Positions 6,543 to 13,771 of a stretch of DNA of 13,844 nt are shown one piece after another. This DNA comes from an uncultured Candidatus Saccharibacteria bacterium. GTDB taxonomy: Bacteria; Patescibacteriota; Minisyncoccia; Phycocordibacterales; UBA2135. Each line of letters opens with the position of its first letter. Position 1 is the stretch's first letter. Both the position numbers and the translations under genes were made by a program. The notes beneath the pieces were generated by a model. It did no database searches and was not told the origin of the DNA. It was given only the letters and a program-made list of their open reading frames with translations. The DNA is taken from contig CAZNJQ010000017.1 in NCBI GenBank assembly GCA_964573545.1, forward strand, positions 1 to 13,844, read 5' to 3'.

Positions 6543-8267
6543 ATGGACAGTCAATCAAAACCGAAAATAATCCTCGGCGCTGAGACTGAATATGGGATAT
6601 TCCTTGACCACAACGAAGAACGAATTCTCCCGGATATGGAATTGTTCTGTATAGAACGCATGCTTGACGAATGCGGACGGTCGTACGTCTCGTTCGGCGG
6701 AGTGCGAGATGTGATCCGGAACATGAAAGAGCACTCTCGTATTGAAGAAGAAGCGTCAGAGCGCAGGCGAATGTTCACCGAAACCGTTCAAAGCACGTTG
6801 GAGCGTTCCATTTCGAGCTCAAGAGCATCAAAGCAGCGCTCCGGCGAAAGCGGCATTAAAATTTCAAATGGCGCTCGGTTTTATCGTGACATGAGCCATC
6901 CGGAATATTCAACTCCGGAAACGACGAACCCATACGATATCGTGGTCGCGGAGCGCGCAGGAGACAAGATCGTTGAAGAGTGCAGGGCACGTGTGGAAGA
7001 TACGGTCAGGAAAGAATACGCGACCGCGTCTCTTTTTATCCACAAAAACAACAGTGATGGTCGCGAGACGAGCTACGGCGGACATGAAAATTATTCCGTC
7101 ACACTTGATGTTTTTAAGGCCGTCATGAATGACGGACGAGAGTGCAACGGGGAGCGCCGCGGGCGCGGGAGTAGGACGCATACGGTCGGGATGATGACGG
7201 AACTTATTTTCCTCTTCTTCGTCGCTCGTCAGATCGTTATCGGTTCAGGCAAGGTTGGCTCCGAATATGGTCCCGATGTGCCGTACCAAATTTCGCAACG
7301 GAGCGATTTTTTCTCCCGGCGATTCAGTTGGGTTACGACGCACGATAGGGGTATCATAAATCTTCGCAATATCCCCTACGCGGGCGATGCGTTTCTGAGA
7401 CGCTTTCATGTGATCCTTGGGGACAGTAATATGTCGGAGCTCTCGATATACCTCAAGCACGGGATTACGGGCATCTTCTTTATGATGCTGAACACCGGCT
7501 TTTTCAAAGAGCAATGCGGCGACATATTTTCTCCGCTTGCTGATCCGGTACGGGCGCTTCATACTGTGTCTCGCGATCTCTCACTTGAGCGGAAGCTGCC
7601 TCTCCTGGATGGGCGGCGGATGAGCGCGCTTGAGATTATGAAACTTTTCGCTGAGTGTGCGACGAAATTCTTATCGCTCCACGAATTACCCGCCGTATGG
7701 ACTGACGTCGTTCACAAATGGGACGGGGTTCTGGAGGGCCTTGCGGGAGAGCGGCACAAACACCCGCTTTCACGGTCGCTTGATTGGGTCGCGAAGGAGC
7801 GGCTTATCAACGCCGTTGTTCGCCAGAGAGAGGTTGATCCGCTAAGCAAGGAGTGCGCGTCGGTTGCGCTTGAATACCATAATTTGAATCCCGAGCAAGG
7901 CATCTTTTATCGTCTTGAAAAACGAGGCGATATACTGCGCCTTTCAGATGACGCCGATGTAGAGCGGGCACTCACAGAAGCTCCTCGCGACACGCGGGCA
8001 TGGTTCCGTTCAGAACTTATCAAGCGGTATCGCGATCATATAGAAAGCATTGGATGGAAGTCGGTTAAATTCATGACCAAGAAATTTTTCGCCGTCATTG
8101 AGTTTCCAAATCCGCTCTGGGGAGGCCCAAGGGACGCCGAAGAGCTTTTGCGCAACAATCCGCCGCTCCATGTTCTCATTCTGCGGTTATTGTCGCTAGA
8201 TGCGGAGGATGTTGTTGTCTCGTTGTATCAGAGACACGGGTATACGGAAGGAGAGAATGATGCGTGA
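6543..8267 (+). CDS. Dop/PafA-family protein, paralogue 1 (tentatively Dop-like depupylase)
   Basis: Family motifs GAETEYGI, NGARFYRDMSHPEYSTPE, SYGGHENYS, FVARQIVIGSGKVG, RFHVILGDSNMSE and APRDTRAWFR. Start set at the ATG at 6543, behind GGAGGGAG. The ~95-aa spacer between ETEYG and NGAR resembles the Dop-specific loop region. The Dop versus PafA assignment is inference. Confidence 0.85.
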   Translation: MDSQSKPKIILGAETEYGIFLDHNEERILPDMELFCIERMLDECGRSYVSFGGVRDVIRNMKEHSRIEEEASERRRMFTETVQSTLERSISSSRASKQRSGESGIKISNGARFYRDMSHPEYSTPETTNPYDIVVAERAGDKIVEECRARVEDTVRKEYATASLFIHKNNSDGRETSYGGHENYSVTLDVFKAVMNDGRECNGERRGRGSRTHTVGMMTELIFLFFVARQIVIGSGKVGSEYGPDVPYQISQRSDFFSRRFSWVTTHDRGIINLRNIPYAGDAFLRRFHVILGDSNMSELSIYLKHGITGIFFMMLNTGFFKEQCGDIFSPLADPVRALHTVSRDLSLERKLPLLDGRRMSALEIMKLFAECATKFLSLHELPAVWTDVVHKWDGVLEGLAGERHKHPLSRSLDWVAKERLINAVVRQREVDPLSKECASVALEYHNLNPEQGIFYRLEKRGDILRLSDDADVERALTEAPRDTRAWFRSELIKRYRDHIESIGWKSVKFMTKKFFAVIEFPNPLWGGPRDAEELLRNNPPLHVLILRLLSLDAEDVVVSLYQRHGYTEGENDA

Positions 8268-9795
8268 CCGGGTGATGGGTATAGAAAATGAGTTCGGTGC
8301 TGTTATTGAGTCCCCAGACGGCAGTTTTGATTATCTGCCGACAGACGGTCCATATGACACCCTGGTTGTAGGTGAGACTCTTAATATGCAACTTGAGAAA
8401 CAGAGAGACAAACTGGGATTCATGAGAATGAAAAACCGACTCTGGTTCCCGAACGGGGGATGCCTTTACATCGACCAGGGGCACTTCGAATATGCTTCTC
8501 CGGAATGCAGGCGAGTGCGAGACATCGTCGCGTATAGCCGAGCCGGGGAAGCTCTTGCAGAGAAAGTCGCTTCAGAGAGATTTTATTCCGGCAGCAGATT
8601 CCGGCTTATCAAGAACAATGTTGCGCTGAGCGCCGCTACAGGAATGACCGAGCCTGTTAAGACCAAATATGTCACGTTCGGCGCCCATGAAAACTACTTG
8701 TTCTTCGAGAATGGAGAGAGCGGGCTTTTTTCTTCCGGCCCCGAGTCCGAGATAAAACAGGGGAATTACTTCCGGGCGTTCATGGCGTTTTTGGTGACCC
8801 GCCAGATCATTGACGGCGCGGGGCGATGGATCGATGAGCCGAAGAATGCGTACATATTCTCTCAGCGTGCTTTATTCATCGAAAAGGAGTTCGAGATGGG
8901 CACTACGGGCGCGCGGTCTATCATAAACAAGCGGTCTGAGCACCACATTGATGACGGCTCACTTGATCCCCCAGAGCACCTGAAAGGGATGAAACGACTA
9001 CACCTTATCTTGGGAGACGCGAACATCCTCGATGCGGCGTTGTTCCTTAAAATCGGGACAACAAAGCTCGTGCTATCGCTTCTCGAAGAAGGGAAAATGC
9101 CGAATGTGAAAATGCGAGACCCTGTGAAAGCGAACCGCGATGTATCGCTCGTCTACAGTCCAACAACGCCGTGTATTGAGCTTGAAGACGGGACAATGGT
9201 GAGTGCATTCTATGTGCAATCGGCGTTTTACGAGAAGGCGCGGCATTATCTTTCGCACACGTGTTTTGAATCCGAGGAGAGCGAAGCGGAAGCAAAGGAA
9301 ATACTCTCTCTGTGGGAGCGTGCGCTTAAGGCGCTTGAGAGCACCGATATGGAATGGATGGTCGGACGACTTGACCATGTGACGAAGAACTTTATTGCGC
9401 AGCAGGAAATAAAAAGACAGAGGCGAGAAAACCCTCCTGTCTTCGAGGAAGCGGTCGTAGCGGCCATTGAAATCCAGTACCACGAGCTTGGCGACGACGC
9501 GTTATCGTCCAAAATGCGGGCGAAATGGAGCAGTCGGTGTATTGTGACCGACGAAGAAGTGCTCCGCGCTATCGAGAACCCACCCCCCGACACGCGCGCA
9601 TGCGCACGCGGCTTGATCGTCCGGGCATATCTTGAAAAGAAAATTCCGCTTCAGGATGTCGATTGGAGCAAGATTCAGATCGGCACAAGCCCGATCGGGT
9701 CGGTAAGCGGCGCGCAGATGTACCCGGTGTATCAGTCTCCGGACCCACTTATCGCACGGCCTTCGTGGTTATATGAATTTTGTCCCGGCATGTAG
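8257..9795 (+). CDS. Dop/PafA-family protein, paralogue 2 (tentatively PafA-like Pup ligase)
   Basis: Motifs MGIENEFG, NGGCLYIDQGHFEYASPE, FGAHENYL, FLVTRQIIDGAGR, RLHLILGDANILD and NPPPDTRACARG. ATGATG at 8257/8260 sits behind GGAAGGAG and overlaps the stop of paralogue 1 by 11 nt. Confidence 0.85.
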   Translation: MMRDRVMGIENEFGAVIESPDGSFDYLPTDGPYDTLVVGETLNMQLEKQRDKLGFMRMKNRLWFPNGGCLYIDQGHFEYASPECRRVRDIVAYSRAGEALAEKVASERFYSGSRFRLIKNNVALSAATGMTEPVKTKYVTFGAHENYLFFENGESGLFSSGPESEIKQGNYFRAFMAFLVTRQIIDGAGRWIDEPKNAYIFSQRALFIEKEFEMGTTGARSIINKRSEHHIDDGSLDPPEHLKGMKRLHLILGDANILDAALFLKIGTTKLVLSLLEEGKMPNVKMRDPVKANRDVSLVYSPTTPCIELEDGTMVSAFYVQSAFYEKARHYLSHTCFESEESEAEAKEILSLWERALKALESTDMEWMVGRLDHVTKNFIAQQEIKRQRRENPPVFEEAVVAAIEIQYHELGDDALSSKMRAKWSSRCIVTDEEVLRAIENPPPDTRACARGLIVRAYLEKKIPLQDVDWSKIQIGTSPIGSVSGAQMYPVYQSPDPLIARPSWLYEFCPGM

Positions 9796-9807
9796 CACGC
9801 AAAGATG

Positions 9808-9822
9808 CGGTATGGTATCGTA
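9808..9822 (+). promoter_or_regulatory. Second exact copy of the 15-mer cggtatggtatcgta (candidate extended -10)
   Basis: Identical to 2586-2600. Located between the pafA-like stop (9795) and the pup-like ATG (9855). Confidence 0.35.
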
Positions 9823-9854
9823 ACGGCAGAGAAGGCAGGTTGCGGAAGTAAAAG

Positions 9855-10031
9855 ATGACCTCGAAGAAAACATCGCCCCAAAAGCCGAACCCGAAAGGGA
9901 AAGGAAAAAAGGGGGCGTCCGGTAAAGACACGAAAGACGACACTCTCGATATTTCCGGGCTTGTCGACACGGCATCGTCTGAACGCGCAAAGAAACTTGC
10001 CGAGAAGTACAAACAAAAAGGTGGAGAATGA
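9855..10031 (+). CDS. Pup/UBact-like small modifier protein (58 aa), not in the supplied ORF track
   Basis: Hand translation: MTSKKTSPQKPNPKGKGKKGASGKDTKDDTLDISGLVDTASSERAKKLAEKYKQKGGE-stop. The C-terminal YKQKGGE parallels mycobacterial Pup ...YVQKGGQ. It has an SD-like GGAAG upstream and a terminator directly downstream, and it follows two Dop/PafA genes. Confidence 0.75.
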   Translation: MTSKKTSPQKPNPKGKGKKGASGKDTKDDTLDISGLVDTASSERAKKLAEKYKQKGGE

Positions 10032-10034
10032 CCC

Positions 10035-10066
10035 AAAGCCGCTCGCTTGATTTGAGCGGCTTTTTT
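10035..10066 (+). terminator. Rho-independent terminator after the pup-like ORF
   Basis: aaagccgctc-gcttgattt-gagcggcttt followed by ttt. Confidence 0.75.
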
Positions 10067-10112
10067 CATTACCCTTGTTTTAGATGTTCTCTGAAACGGA
10101 AGGCTGCAGACG

Positions 10113-12668
10113 ATGTCTCTGCAAGGCACCAAAATCGGCTTTGAGGATGCTCGCCGAGTATGCGAAGAAGAGCTTTGCGCAATGCCCGCTTCCTCCGGAG
10201 AGGAAGATTCTTCCCAGCGGGCGGCAACGAGTTCATTTTTCGGAGTCAGCCAGGAGCGTTTTCTAAGCGCTCTCTCTGTTGCCATCGAGAGCAATGACCA
10301 GTTCGCAAATGTGTTTGTTTCCGGAATCTCAGGACCGGGCGGACTTGAAGCTGTTGAATGGCATGTCTCACGCATGGTTCGGGAACGGGAAAACATCGGC
10401 GACAAAAAACCCGCTCCGAATGACTGGGTATATGTGTACAATTTCAAGAACCCCCGCTCTCCCGTTTCGATTCCTCTCACTAAAGGTAATGCGAGAGTAT
10501 TTCAAAAAAAGATCGGGCTCTTACTCAAGAAATTACGCCAGCTCATTCCGGAGGCGCTCACGAGCGATACGGTCCTCGCGAAAGACAACGCTTTGTATGG
10601 CCAGTACGAGGGATGGTTTGATGCGGAAAAGGAGGCGATTGCGAGGCGCGCATTGGAGCTTGGACTTGAGATGAAAACTGCCCAGTCGCAGAAAGGAGTG
10701 GAAACTGTACGGTTCGTTCCGTCAGAGCGTACACAAGAGCCGGGCGCTGAAAAGCAGGAAGTTTCGGAAAAGAAGCCTCGCGCCTCAAAAGGAAAACTAA
10801 AAAGACACGCATCGGCGCTTCGCCAAAAACCCCAGGACGCGAATCGTGAAGGAGGGATGTCGGAAGAAGATCTTCGTCCCAAACTCACAGAGCTTTTTTC
10901 ACTGTGGACCGCGCTTATTCAAGAGAATACGCGGCGCATGAAACAATATTCTGAAAGCGCGGAGCATGTCAGAGAAGAGGCTGCCAAGGAAGTGATTGTC
11001 GACTTGTTTTCCAAATTGAACGTCGAGCAGAAAGATGCTTCACTCCTCGGCAATTTCATCGATGGGCTCCGCGAGCACGCGGAAGAAAACTGGGAGTTGT
11101 TCGCCGAAGAGGACCGCAAGAACAACCAACACGCGCCCTTTGGGGCGGCAATGGAACGCGATCAGTTCTTGCCATGGCGCGTGAATGTGTTCATCGACAA
11201 CAGTGGAACAGACGGTACTCCTGTCGTCGCAGAGCGCGTTTCATCGATTGCCGACCTTGTCGGCAAAGTCGAGTATCGCGGCATGATGGGAATCACATTT
11301 ACGGATCACACGATGATAGTTCCCGGCGCAGTTGCTAGGGCGAACGGCGGGTTCATCATCTTAAGCGCAGAGGAATTACTGACGGTTCCGGGTTTATGGC
11401 AGCTTCTGAAGCGGTGCATCAAAAACAACGCCAATGGTTTTGATACGATCATGTCACTTGAAGGCTACGGCACGTCTCAGATCGATCCCATTCCGATTCC
11501 TCTCGACCTTCGGTTTATCTTGTTCGGCTCAAGCAGTCTCATAAACTTCATCGCCGAACATGACCACGAATTTTACGACCTATTTCCTGTCCGGGCTGAG
11601 ATCTCTAATGTTGTCGAGTGTTCGGATACGGAAATTCGTGCGTATTGCAATTGGATGCGCGATGTTTCTCGAGAGCGCACGTTACTGCCGCTTTCGGCAG
11701 GCGCGTGCGCAGGCATGATCGAATATGCGGGACGGGTCGCGGACCACAAATATGAGCTGACGACGGATTTTTCCCACCTCGAGGGAGTACTAAAAGAGGC
11801 TCACGTGGTCGCGAAGCACGAACACGCGGAGAATATCTCGCGGGTCCATGTTCAAAAAGCGATCCATGCAAAGTTCTGGAGAGGGGATTTCATCTGCGAA
11901 CTCATGCGTAAGGGCGTTCGTGATTCACAGCGTGTCATCCATGTTTCCGGAGAATCGGTAGGGCGCATCAACGGACTTACTGTTTTGTCATACGGCGATA
12001 TCACGTTTGGTTTCCCGTGCTGCATAACAGCGGGTGTGAATGTCGGAAAGCCTGGAATTCTCAACATCGTTCGCGATGCCAAGATGAGCGGCAACCTTTT
12101 GAACAAGGCGGACGAGACGGTCCAAGGTGTCCTTAAGGGGCGGTTTGCGCAACGCTTTCCGCTTGCCCTTGAAATCTGTTTCAGTTTTGAACAGTCGTAC
12201 GGGATGATAGACGGCGACAGTGCGTCGCTTGCCGAATATTTCGTCATTACATCGCGAATTTCCGGGGTTCCCATCAAACAATCCATCGCCGTTACGGGTT
12301 CATTGAGTCTCCTCGGAGATGTTCAGCCGATTGGCGGCGTGAACGAGAAAATCGAAGGATTCTTTGACGTATGCGTTGCCTGTGGCGGCCTTTCCGGCGA
12401 GCAGGGAGTCATTATTCCCTGGCAGAACAAAGTCAACCTCATGCTTCGCGAAGATGTGGTTCAGGCGATAAAAGAAAACAAATTCCACATCTGGGCGATA
12501 CGAACGCTCGATGAGGGGATTGAGATTCTCACAGGAATGAGCGCGGGGACTTTACAACAGGAAAATGGAAGTTACCCCGACGATACGTTTAACGCGCGCG
12601 TGTGCAAGAAGATTGAAGAATACGCACGGCACGCAAAAGAGTTTTTTGAACCTTCAAAAAAAGATTAA
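10113..12668 (+). CDS. Lon-like serine protease (AAA_32-like N-region plus Lon_C/S16 domain) with degenerate ATPase motifs
   Basis: The C-terminal S16 domain has MIDGDSASLAEY (LonB/LonC-type Ser motif; Ser codon 12219-12221) and IGGVNEKIEGF (catalytic Lys). DWVYVYNFKNPRSP is typical of this Lon-like family. The Walker A position reads GISGPGGLE (no Lys-Ser/Thr) and the Walker B position reads GGFIILSAEE (no Asp). A long charged helical insertion sits in between. Confidence 0.85.
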   Translation: MSLQGTKIGFEDARRVCEEELCAMPASSGEEDSSQRAATSSFFGVSQERFLSALSVAIESNDQFANVFVSGISGPGGLEAVEWHVSRMVRERENIGDKKPAPNDWVYVYNFKNPRSPVSIPLTKGNARVFQKKIGLLLKKLRQLIPEALTSDTVLAKDNALYGQYEGWFDAEKEAIARRALELGLEMKTAQSQKGVETVRFVPSERTQEPGAEKQEVSEKKPRASKGKLKRHASALRQKPQDANREGGMSEEDLRPKLTELFSLWTALIQENTRRMKQYSESAEHVREEAAKEVIVDLFSKLNVEQKDASLLGNFIDGLREHAEENWELFAEEDRKNNQHAPFGAAMERDQFLPWRVNVFIDNSGTDGTPVVAERVSSIADLVGKVEYRGMMGITFTDHTMIVPGAVARANGGFIILSAEELLTVPGLWQLLKRCIKNNANGFDTIMSLEGYGTSQIDPIPIPLDLRFILFGSSSLINFIAEHDHEFYDLFPVRAEISNVVECSDTEIRAYCNWMRDVSRERTLLPLSAGACAGMIEYAGRVADHKYELTTDFSHLEGVLKEAHVVAKHEHAENISRVHVQKAIHAKFWRGDFICELMRKGVRDSQRVIHVSGESVGRINGLTVLSYGDITFGFPCCITAGVNVGKPGILNIVRDAKMSGNLLNKADETVQGVLKGRFAQRFPLALEICFSFEQSYGMIDGDSASLAEYFVITSRISGVPIKQSIAVTGSLSLLGDVQPIGGVNEKIEGFFDVCVACGGLSGEQGVIIPWQNKVNLMLREDVVQAIKENKFHIWAIRTLDEGIEILTGMSAGTLQQENGSYPDDTFNARVCKKIEEYARHAKEFFEPSKKD

Positions 12669-12681
12669 AACACCAAGAGAT

Positions 12682-12714
12682 AAACGCAGCCCCAAAGCTG
12701 CGTTTTTTTGTTTT
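12682..12714 (+). terminator. Rho-independent terminator after the lon-like gene
   Basis: aaacgcagc-cccaaa-gctgcgttt followed by ttttgtttt. Confidence 0.8.
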
Positions 12715-12763
12715 AAAAAACCGCATTGAGTGAAGAGACATCTTCTCTTCGCCTCAATGCGGT
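12715..12763 (-). terminator. Terminator for the convergent CDF gene
   Basis: ccgcattgag/ctcaatgcgg outer stem with a gaagag/ctcttc inner stem, followed on the minus strand by a T-run. The right arm overlaps the last codons and stop of the CDF gene. Confidence 0.65.
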
Positions 12764-13461
12764 TTGTGTTCAGGAGCATGAATACCGTTTTGGACTTTAG
12801 TGAACAAAGTTCCGGAGAGAAAGAACATATAGGCGGCAACCGCCACAGAGAGTATCGGGTCGGCATGCACCCATCCGAACGCGAATGTCGCTAGCCAGGA
12901 GGCGGCGACGACGACAGAGAGCAATAGATCCGATATCACGTGCAGCGAGAATGTCGCGTGCGTATGGTTGTGTTCCTTGTTCGGAATTTTCTCGAGCAGG
13001 CGGTGTATCCACACATTGCCTGCACCGCCGATGATGGCAATCATAAGCACGAGCCAACTTTGGTTGTATACCGGTGCGCTCATGCGTTCATGCGCTTCGA
13101 CGAGCACATAGAAGGCGCCGCCGACAAGCAAGGCGATTCCTGCATACGCGAATATCTTCCGGACGCTGAGTTCCTGGGCCGTTGAACACCGCAACGCCAG
13201 GAGAGCTACGAAGAGCGAACCAATGTAAATCGCGACAAGATCCGAACTTGCATGGATCGTATCGCCGAGGAGCGTCAAGCTTTTCGAATAGATAATGAGG
13301 ACTGCTTGCTGCGCCGCAACGATCGCCCCTTGGACGAGCGACGCGATGCCATAGATTCTGGCCTCTTTTTTAATGTCGACGATTCTCGTGCCTGCGCTCG
13401 AATCGTCCGTGTGCTCGTGCCCCTCCGGATGGAGGTGGCAATGCGTGTGCGATTCGTGCAT
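12754..13461 (-). CDS. Cation diffusion facilitator (CDF) family metal exporter, membrane domain only
   Basis: Six predicted TM segments. TM2 has HASSD and TM5 has HVISD (HxxxD pairs of the CDF metal site). The N-terminus is His-rich (MHESHTHCHLHPEGHEH). Start set at the ATG at 13461, behind GGAGGA with 7-nt spacing; the track start is 13515. Confidence 0.8.
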   Translation of the reverse strand: MHESHTHCHLHPEGHEHTDDSSAGTRIVDIKKEARIYGIASLVQGAIVAAQQAVLIIYSKSLTLLGDTIHASSDLVAIYIGSLFVALLALRCSTAQELSVRKIFAYAGIALLVGGAFYVLVEAHERMSAPVYNQSWLVLMIAIIGGAGNVWIHRLLEKIPNKEHNHTHATFSLHVISDLLLSVVVAASWLATFAFGWVHADPILSVAVAAYMFFLSGTLFTKVQNGIHAPEHKPH

Positions 13462-13652
13462 CGCGCTTCCTCCAATGGTTGGTTGTGGAAAAGAATTCTG
13501 CGCGAACTCTATCATGCTTCAACGCTCTTGTCAAAATGTAGACTTTGTTGCGTAAAGTGTGCTATAACAATAAGCGACTTCAAAAGCGGATATGAAAATG
13601 TAGTGCGTCGGGATATTTTTACTTTTTCATTTTTACTTTTGAACTTTTACAC

Positions 13653-13725
13653 GGTGCCTATGGTGTAACGGTTAGCACAGCTCCCTGTGGAGGAGCCAGA
13701 CTGGGTTCGAATCCCAGTAGGCACC
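13653..13725 (+). tRNA. tRNA-His (anticodon GUG) with genomically encoded G-1
   Basis: G-1 opposite C73, acceptor GTGCCTA/TAGGCAC, D stem GTGT/GCAC, anticodon loop CTGTGGA, 4-nt variable loop, T arm CTGGG-TTCGAAT-CCCAG. CCA is not fully encoded. Confidence 0.88.
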
Positions 13726-13737
13726 CAAAAATAATGA

Positions 13738-13770
13738 AGCAGATGCGGAAGCATCTGCTGAATATATTTT
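13738..13770 (+). terminator. Hairpin plus T-run after tRNA-His (its tail may double as a -10 for the next RNA)
   Basis: agcagatgc-ggaa-gcatctgct followed by gaatatattttt. TGaATATAT resembles an extended -10 element ending about 5 nt before position 13772. Confidence 0.5.
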
Positions 13771-13771
13771 T

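Noticed and set aside
9749-10480. 243-aa minus-strand ORF spanning the pafA end, the pup-like ORF and the lon-like 5' end
   Set aside because: It is antisense to three well-supported plus-strand features, crosses a terminator hairpin, has a low-complexity Ser/Pro/Arg-rich translation, and shows no motif I recognise. It is an antisense shadow ORF.
4476-12668. 20S proteasome alpha/beta subunit genes, a CRISPR array, or transposase/integrase genes in or around the tagging locus
   Set aside because: I looked for them in all listed ORFs and in the intergenic gaps. No Ntn-hydrolase-like ORF, no spaced direct repeats and no recombinase motifs are present in this window.
13616-13650. About 2.5 copies of a 14-nt T-rich unit (tttttacttttt..) ending 3 nt before tRNA-His, and the 9-mer aaaatgtag at 13533 and 13595
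   Set aside because: The sequence is low-complexity A/T in a divergent promoter region, most simply explained as a UP-element-like or curved promoter region. There are too few copies and too little information to call a distinct element.
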